The position numbers were made by a program, and so were the translations under genes. From the NCBI GenBank assembly GCA_041492755.1, contig JBGPXN010000139.1, positions 1 to 12,264 on the forward strand: a stretch of DNA of 12,264 nt, given 5' to 3'. This DNA is from Candidatus Methylomirabilia bacterium. GTDB taxonomy: Bacteria > Methylomirabilota > Methylomirabilia > Rokubacteriales > CSP1-6. Numbering within the stretch: the stretch's first letter is position 1; each line of letters opens with the position of its first letter. The notes beneath the pieces are model-generated. The model was not told the origin of the DNA and ran no database searches. It saw only the letters and a program-made list of their open reading frames with translations. Positions 7,783 through 12,264 of this stretch are shown here, one piece after another.

Positions 7783-7905
7783 GTGAGCACCGGGGGCCGA
7801 CGCCAGCGCCATTTCTCCATGATCGACTTGCATCCCTTGACCCTCGTGTTCGTGCTCTCCGGCTCGCTGATGATCAGCAAGACGCTACGCATCCCGAAGC
7901 CCTGA
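7783..7905 (+). pseudogene. pssA: CDP-diacylglycerol--serine O-phosphatidyltransferase relic with large in-frame internal deletion
   Basis: MSTGGRRQRHFSMI (PssA-type N-terminus) joined directly to DLHPLTLVFVLSGSLMISKTLRIPKP* (PssA-type C-terminus); the CDP-alcohol phosphotransferase motif is absent; 40 aa. Confidence 0.7.
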
Positions 7906-7907
7906 GC

Positions 7908-8112
7908 TTCCACAAGCTGCGCTTGAAGCCCAGCGAGTACTTCCAACGCCAGATGCACTGCACCTATATCGCCGACTACGTCGGGGTAGCCAACCGTCAC
8001 TTCATCGGAGTGGACAAGCTCATGTGGTCTTGGCTATCCGCACCAGGCCTCCTCGTGGCCTCACTCCCAGGAGGTCGTGGCGCGAGACTTCAAGGACGCC
8101 AGCCCGGACGAC
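7908..8112 (+). pseudogene. Internal relic of an amidohydrolase_2 (LigW/ACMSD-like) protein, frameshifted
   Basis: LKPSEYFQRQMHCTYIADYVGVANRHFIGVDKLMWS, then after a shift at ~8031 GYPHQASSWPHSQEVVARDFKDASPDD, i.e. the family motif 'MWxSDYPH...WP.S' broken at the Asp. Confidence 0.8.
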
Positions 8113-8138
8113 TTCGATGGCGCCTTCGGAGCCACGCC

Positions 8139-8408
8139 TCACGGCCGCGCGGAGCGCCAGAACCTCCGCTGAGCGACGATGGCGAGCGCGGCGCCCCCGC
8201 AGCCGATCCAGAACATCGCCAGCATCCCGGCGTTTCCGGAGAGAGCGGCCCAGACGGCCGTACCTGCGAGCACACTCCCGACGAGGGACAGCGCCATATC
8301 GGGAATGAATCCGTAGCCTCCCGTTCGTGAAACCGCCTCGGCCACCCACCCGGCCATGAGTCCGGCAAGAATCAGCATCGGACCGAGGTGAACGATGTGT
8401 TCCAACAT
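8139..8408 (-). CDS. GlsB/YeaQ/YmgE (transglycosylase-associated) family membrane protein
   Basis: LAGLMAGWVA...GGYGFIPDMALSLVGSVLAG; three Gly-rich helices; AAAGG upstream; start trimmed to ATG 8408; 89 aa. Confidence 0.8.
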   Translation of the reverse strand: MLEHIVHLGPMLILAGLMAGWVAEAVSRTGGYGFIPDMALSLVGSVLAGTAVWAALSGNAGMLAMFWIGCGGAALAIVAQRRFWRSARP

Positions 8409-8827
8409 GACGTAGGCCCGCCTTTCTGCGGTAACTTTCCGGCTCGGTTGGCCGATACACGGGGCCGAGGGAAGAGCCTCCACCAGTTGCCGAACGACAG
8501 TATCGACAGCGCCAACAGATTCAGCGTGACCGGCATGACCTTGGCCCTGACCGGGATGACCGCAATCCAGAATGCGAACGTCACGCCCAGCAGCAGCGAA
8601 ACCAGCACGAGAGCTCGCGGCGGCCACAGACGCCGCCACCGTCGAAGAAGGCTCTGACCGAGATCGCCTTCGAGTCGCTCGTGGAGGATGACCCAGAGCA
8701 CGAAGGCCGCCACAAAAAGTGCCGGCACCCAGTGATGGAACCACACCACGAGTGCGCCGAGGAGAAGCATTGCGGCTCCGCGCTCGCGCTGCTCCCTGTT
8801 CATGATCGCCGACGGCTCCGGGCTCAC
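8372..8827 (-). CDS. Hypothetical Trp-rich integral membrane protein (~4 hydrophobic segments)
   Basis: Hydrophobic stretches in translation; begins 3 nt after the stop at 8831 (alternative ATG 8803). Confidence 0.65.
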   Translation of the reverse strand: MSPEPSAIMNREQRERGAAMLLLGALVVWFHHWVPALFVAAFVLWVILHERLEGDLGQSLLRRWRRLWPPRALVLVSLLLGVTFAFWIAVIPVRAKVMPVTLNLLALSILSFGNWWRLFPRPRVSANRAGKLPQKGGPTSCWNTSFTSVRC

Positions 8828-8830
8828 GGG

Positions 8831-9184
8831 CTAGCCTTCGCCGCCGTCTTCCGCGTACGGATCAGTCTCCAGGCCGAGGACGCCGTGGTTCTTGACCGGC
8901 TTGCCATCGATGGTGATAAACACGATGGCTCCCGCGCGCGGCGGCTGCTTCACCCAGATGGCGGACGCCACGGATCCCGTGCGCGTGTTGACGCCCTGCC
9001 ACACGCCGCCGGCGGGCTGAAGATCCCGCCGACTCGGCGTCGTCTCCCGCTTGCATTCTTCGAAGCCGTCATTCGAGAGCGCATCGACGATGTCTTCCGG
9101 CGCGGCGACCCACCCGTGCTCCTCTTCCATCCAGGTTATCCGGCCCTGGTCGCGAAGCTCGCTGAAGGCCTTCATCGATTGCAT
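8831..9184 (-). CDS. Hypothetical soluble protein (~117 aa)
   Basis: MQSMKAFSELRDQGRITWMEEEHGWVAAPEDIVDALSNDGFEE...GVWQGVN...IVFITIDG has protein-like composition; GGAAGG upstream (alternative ATG 9175); the longer ORF 5' part is a shadow of 9262..10092. Confidence 0.7.
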   Translation of the reverse strand: MQSMKAFSELRDQGRITWMEEEHGWVAAPEDIVDALSNDGFEECKRETTPSRRDLQPAGGVWQGVNTRTGSVASAIWVKQPPRAGAIVFITIDGKPVKNHGVLGLETDPYAEDGGEG

Positions 9185-9226
9185 CGACCTTCCGATCGAC
9201 GTCGAGGTGCCGGACCCCGACGATGT

Positions 9227-9254
9227 GGAGGTGGCTCCCGGCGGAGCCACCTCC
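9227..9254. terminator. Perfect 12-bp stem-loop GGAGGTGGCTCC-N4-GGAGCCACCTCC (terminator-like or mRNA-stabilising)
   Basis: Arms 9227-9238 and 9243-9254, 7 nt downstream of the 9262 stop; no U-tract. Confidence 0.55.
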
Positions 9255-9261
9255 CAGTGGT

Positions 9262-10092
9262 TCACTTGCCGGCGCCGATCGAGACGGCGAAGTTGATCGT
9301 CTCCTCCCGGTACGGTGACGGGATGTACGCCAGCTCCAGGCGAATCTCTTTCAACTTGTTCGCCTTCAACGCTTCGGCCGGGAACTCCACGTCCACGGAT
9401 TGCGTCGCCTCCTGCCCGGGATCGAGCCGCTCGCTGCCGGACGTGCTGAACCTGAGAGTCGGCTCCGTCCGCATGTCCTCGAGCTTGATCGGCTGTCCCT
9501 GGGCATCGATGTACTGCATCTTCCCGTCGAGCAGCCGGACCGTCTGATTGGCCGACGTGTTCTTCAGCCGGAGGATCGCGGTGAGCTTCGCCGGGGTGGT
9601 GATCCGGTCGGAGCCCTTCTCCACCCGCTCCGCGACCTTCATCTCCGTGACTTCGCCCGTGAGGATCCCGGCCTTGACCGTGATCGCGGTCGGGGTGACC
9701 GCATACGTCTTCTCCTCGATCACCGCGGCGCTCGCTGCCGGCTGCGGCACGGGACCGAGAATCATCCAGCCGACCGCTGCCACGAGCGCAGCGCCGAGCC
9801 CCCACCTCAACATTGCGCCCTTCTCGTCGGCAGGACGCTCGGCGGGCCAGAACCGGCGTTGAACGACGATCGGGATGGCCGCGCCAACGAAGGCGACAAG
9901 GGCCATCGTCACGATGCCGGCTCCCGGAAACACCCCGACGGCCCGGAAGATCCAGGCTCCCCCGATGGCTCCGACGAGACCGAGGGTGACGTCCTTCTTC
10001 AGCCCGTAGCCTCCGGGCTTCATGACCAACCCGCCCAGCACGCCTGCCAGCACCCCCACCAGAACCCACGTCACGAACATGCCGAAACTCAT
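9262..10092 (-). CDS. GlsB/YeaQ/YmgE domain fused to a TM helix and a beta-rich (Ig-like) extracytoplasmic domain
   Basis: N-terminus 'WVLVGVLAGVLGGLVMKPGGYGLKKDVTLGLVGAIGG'; fourth helix WGLGAALVAAVGWMILG; C-terminal 'LRLKNTS...YIDAQGQPI...LDPGQEAT..VDVEF'; SD GGAGGAG. Confidence 0.8.
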   Translation of the reverse strand: MSFGMFVTWVLVGVLAGVLGGLVMKPGGYGLKKDVTLGLVGAIGGAWIFRAVGVFPGAGIVTMALVAFVGAAIPIVVQRRFWPAERPADEKGAMLRWGLGAALVAAVGWMILGPVPQPAASAAVIEEKTYAVTPTAITVKAGILTGEVTEMKVAERVEKGSDRITTPAKLTAILRLKNTSANQTVRLLDGKMQYIDAQGQPIKLEDMRTEPTLRFSTSGSERLDPGQEATQSVDVEFPAEALKANKLKEIRLELAYIPSPYREETINFAVSIGAGK

Positions 10093-10129
10093 GGCTCCTC
10101 CTCCGTCGTCGCCTTACAGTTCGTTCGCA

Positions 10130-11203
10130 TCACTTTCGCCGCCCCGTCGCACGCCCCGCGCCCACTGGCCGCTCGCCGTTGTTCGATGGAAGAAGGCCAG
10201 GGCGTTTCCGGGCGACGGGCGGAGCGGCCGCCATCCTGTCGCCGTTTTGCCGCACCAGGAGGGCCGCCAGCATTTCGATCGCCCGCTGGTCGAGGGCCCG
10301 ATCGTCGATCATCACCTGCACGCCCGACCCCGCGAGCGCCCGGACGCGCTCGGCTGCCGACGTGGAACAGACGATGACGTCCACTCGGCGCACCAGGCGA
10401 CCCAGCGCGGCCCCCTCGGCGGAGCACGCCCCGACCAGCGCGATATTCGGCAGGCCGGCATTCGCGATCGAATGCTCGAGGTTGTGGGCCGTCTCGGCGG
10501 CCGCCGAGGCCACGCCCACCCGTGTCCCCGGCGGGAACTGCGCCAACCGCTGGAGGGTCTCCAGATGCGCCTCGGCAAGGAGCGCAATGACCGGCACCCC
10601 CTTGCCGTTCAAGAGCCGCTCCACCTCGGGTAGATGACAGAAGCTCGTGACCGCCGCGCCCCAGCGAGCGCCTCGCTTCCGGCGCCGCGCGACCGTCGCC
10701 AGCTCGGCGAGGAGCACCTTGTGGACGCGGACCGGCAGGTGGGCCTCGAGCTCGCGGGCAAAGAAGTCGAGCTCCGGAGGACTGCACTCCACGAGGAGAA
10801 CTTCGCCGTCGCCCTGGACCGCGACCGGCCGGACCTTGGCCAGGCTCAAGACGCCGACCGCGAGGTCGTCGGCCGTGAGCCCGCGGGCCGCGGCCTGGAT
10901 CACCACGTCCTGCAAGAACCGCTGGCGAAGCGTGGAGGAAGGGCGCGCGGGCGGAGCCGAAGTCACGAACACGCCCTTGCCGCGCCGGGCCTCGACGTAT
11001 CCGCTACGCTTGAGATCGTCGATAACGCGTGCGACGGTGTTCGGATTGATACCGAGGAAGCCCGCGAGCTCCCGGATGCTGGGCAGCGCCTGGTCCGGCG
11101 GGACACCGCCGCCCTCGATGACGTGCTTGAGCTGCTCGGTGAGCTGCCGGCGGATCGGGATCGGGCTGTGGGGATCCACTCGCAGGTCCAGTGGAGTCTT
11201 CAT
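10130..11203 (-). CDS. GntR family transcriptional regulator (YtrA-like wHTH with long PlmA-like C-terminal region)
   Basis: PIRRQL...LPSIRELAGFLGINPNTVARVIDDLKRSGYVEARRGKGVFV; about 230 extra residues incl. 'ARELEAHLPVRVHKVLLAEL'. Confidence 0.9.
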   Translation of the reverse strand: MKTPLDLRVDPHSPIPIRRQLTEQLKHVIEGGGVPPDQALPSIRELAGFLGINPNTVARVIDDLKRSGYVEARRGKGVFVTSAPPARPSSTLRQRFLQDVVIQAAARGLTADDLAVGVLSLAKVRPVAVQGDGEVLLVECSPPELDFFARELEAHLPVRVHKVLLAELATVARRRKRGARWGAAVTSFCHLPEVERLLNGKGVPVIALLAEAHLETLQRLAQFPPGTRVGVASAAAETAHNLEHSIANAGLPNIALVGACSAEGAALGRLVRRVDVIVCSTSAAERVRALAGSGVQVMIDDRALDQRAIEMLAALLVRQNGDRMAAAPPVARKRPGLLPSNNGERPVGAGRATGRRK

Positions 11204-11205
11204 AC

Positions 11206-11225
11206 TGTACTAGCACAATAGTACA
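11206..11225. promoter_or_regulatory. Palindromic operator box 1: TGTACTA-gcacaa-TAGTACA
   Basis: Perfect 7-bp inverted repeat 2 nt upstream of the gntR ATG, overlapping its -10 box. Confidence 0.8.
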
Positions 11226-11242
11226 CAGATACAATCTGTCAA
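11215..11242 (-). promoter_or_regulatory. sigma70-type promoter of gntR: TTGACA-16 nt-TATTGT
   Basis: -35 at 11242-11237, -10 at 11220-11215, 11 nt upstream of ATG; no SD. Confidence 0.65.
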
Positions 11243-11290
11243 GGCCTGGTGCGGCAACACGACGCCCGCGGGTAAAATACGGCGTCCTGG

Positions 11291-11310
11291 TGTACTAGTT
11301 TAGTGGTACA
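11291..11310. promoter_or_regulatory. Palindromic operator box 2: TGTACTA-gtttag-TGGTACA
   Basis: 13/14 arm positions identical to box 1, same 6-nt spacer; overlaps TG-g-TACATT (11304-11312) and lies downstream of TAAAAT (11273-11278), both candidate groES -10 boxes. Confidence 0.75.
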
Positions 11311-11363
11311 TTCACCCCACTCGCGCACCACCGCACGAATCCGCCAAGGGAGGCACCCGCACG

Positions 11364-11690
11364 ATGGCTCAGACTCAGACGATGAAGACCACCATGAAGA
11401 CGACCCTGCGCCCGCTCCACGACCGCGTACTCGTCAAGCGACTCGAAGAGCAGGACGAGAAGCACGGCAGCCTCATCATCCCCGATACCGCCAAGGAAAA
11501 GCCGCAGGAGGGCAAGGTGATTGCCGTGGGCACGGGCCTCGTCACCGACGAGGGCAAGACGCTCCCGCTCGCGGTGAAGACAGGCGACCGAATCCTCTTC
11601 GGCAAGTATTCCGGGAGCGAGGTCAAGCTCGACGGCGAGGAGTACCTCATCATGAAGGAGGAGGACGTCCTCGGCATCCTCGGCTCGTGA
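11364..11690 (+). CDS. groES: Co-chaperonin GroES
   Basis: [68 protein letters not shown]. Confidence 0.97.
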   Translation: MAQTQTMKTTMKTTLRPLHDRVLVKRLEEQDEKHGSLIIPDTAKEKPQEGKVIAVGTGLVTDEGKTLPLAVKTGDRILFGKYSGSEVKLDGEEYLIMKEEDVLGILGS

Positions 11691-11692
11691 AC

Positions 11693-11709
11693 GAGCGGCT
11701 CAGCCGCTC
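11693..11709 (+). other. Small stem-loop GAGCGGC-TCA-GCCGCTC between groES and groEL
   Basis: 7-bp perfect stem 2 nt after the groES stop. Confidence 0.4.
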
Positions 11710-11744
11710 TCGACCACTCGCGCCCACTCGGGAGGAACGTATCC

Positions 11745-12264
<520 letters not shown>

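Noticed and set aside
9185..10069. 5' extension of the 412-aa ORF 8831..10069
   Set aside because: Arg/Gly-rich alternate frame of the GlsB fusion gene; it also runs through the intergenic hairpin.
11204..11363. CIRCE element upstream of groES
   Set aside because: TAGCAC at 11211-11216 resembles part of a left arm, but there is no complete TTAGCACTC or matching GAGTGCTAA arm.

Overview
GC-rich bacterial window; the gene families are reminiscent of Candidatus Rokubacteria/Methylomirabilota (inference only). Left half: Gfo/Idh/MocA oxidoreductase divergent from a CMD/AhpD-family protein, small membrane proteins (incl. DUF983), and an acyl-CoA synthetase plus double MaoC-like dehydratase pair. 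Two genes share a ~65-aa domain with Arg-rich DRR motifs that I cannot name (one standalone, one fused to a receiver domain). Right half: a five-gene minus-strand cluster (GntR regulator, GlsB/YeaQ/YmgE fusion, hypothetical protein, membrane protein, second GlsB/YeaQ/YmgE paralog) divergent from groES-groEL. The shared intergenic region holds two copies of the palindrome TGTACTA-N6-T(A/G)GTACA and no CIRCE, suggesting a GntR-controlled chaperonin/membrane-stress divergon. Many intergenic spaces are relics of deleted genes (three amidohydrolases, a pssA fused end-to-end, probable ABC-SBP and LLM tails), and several genes look leaderless. No rRNA, tRNA, CRISPR array or IS element was recognised.
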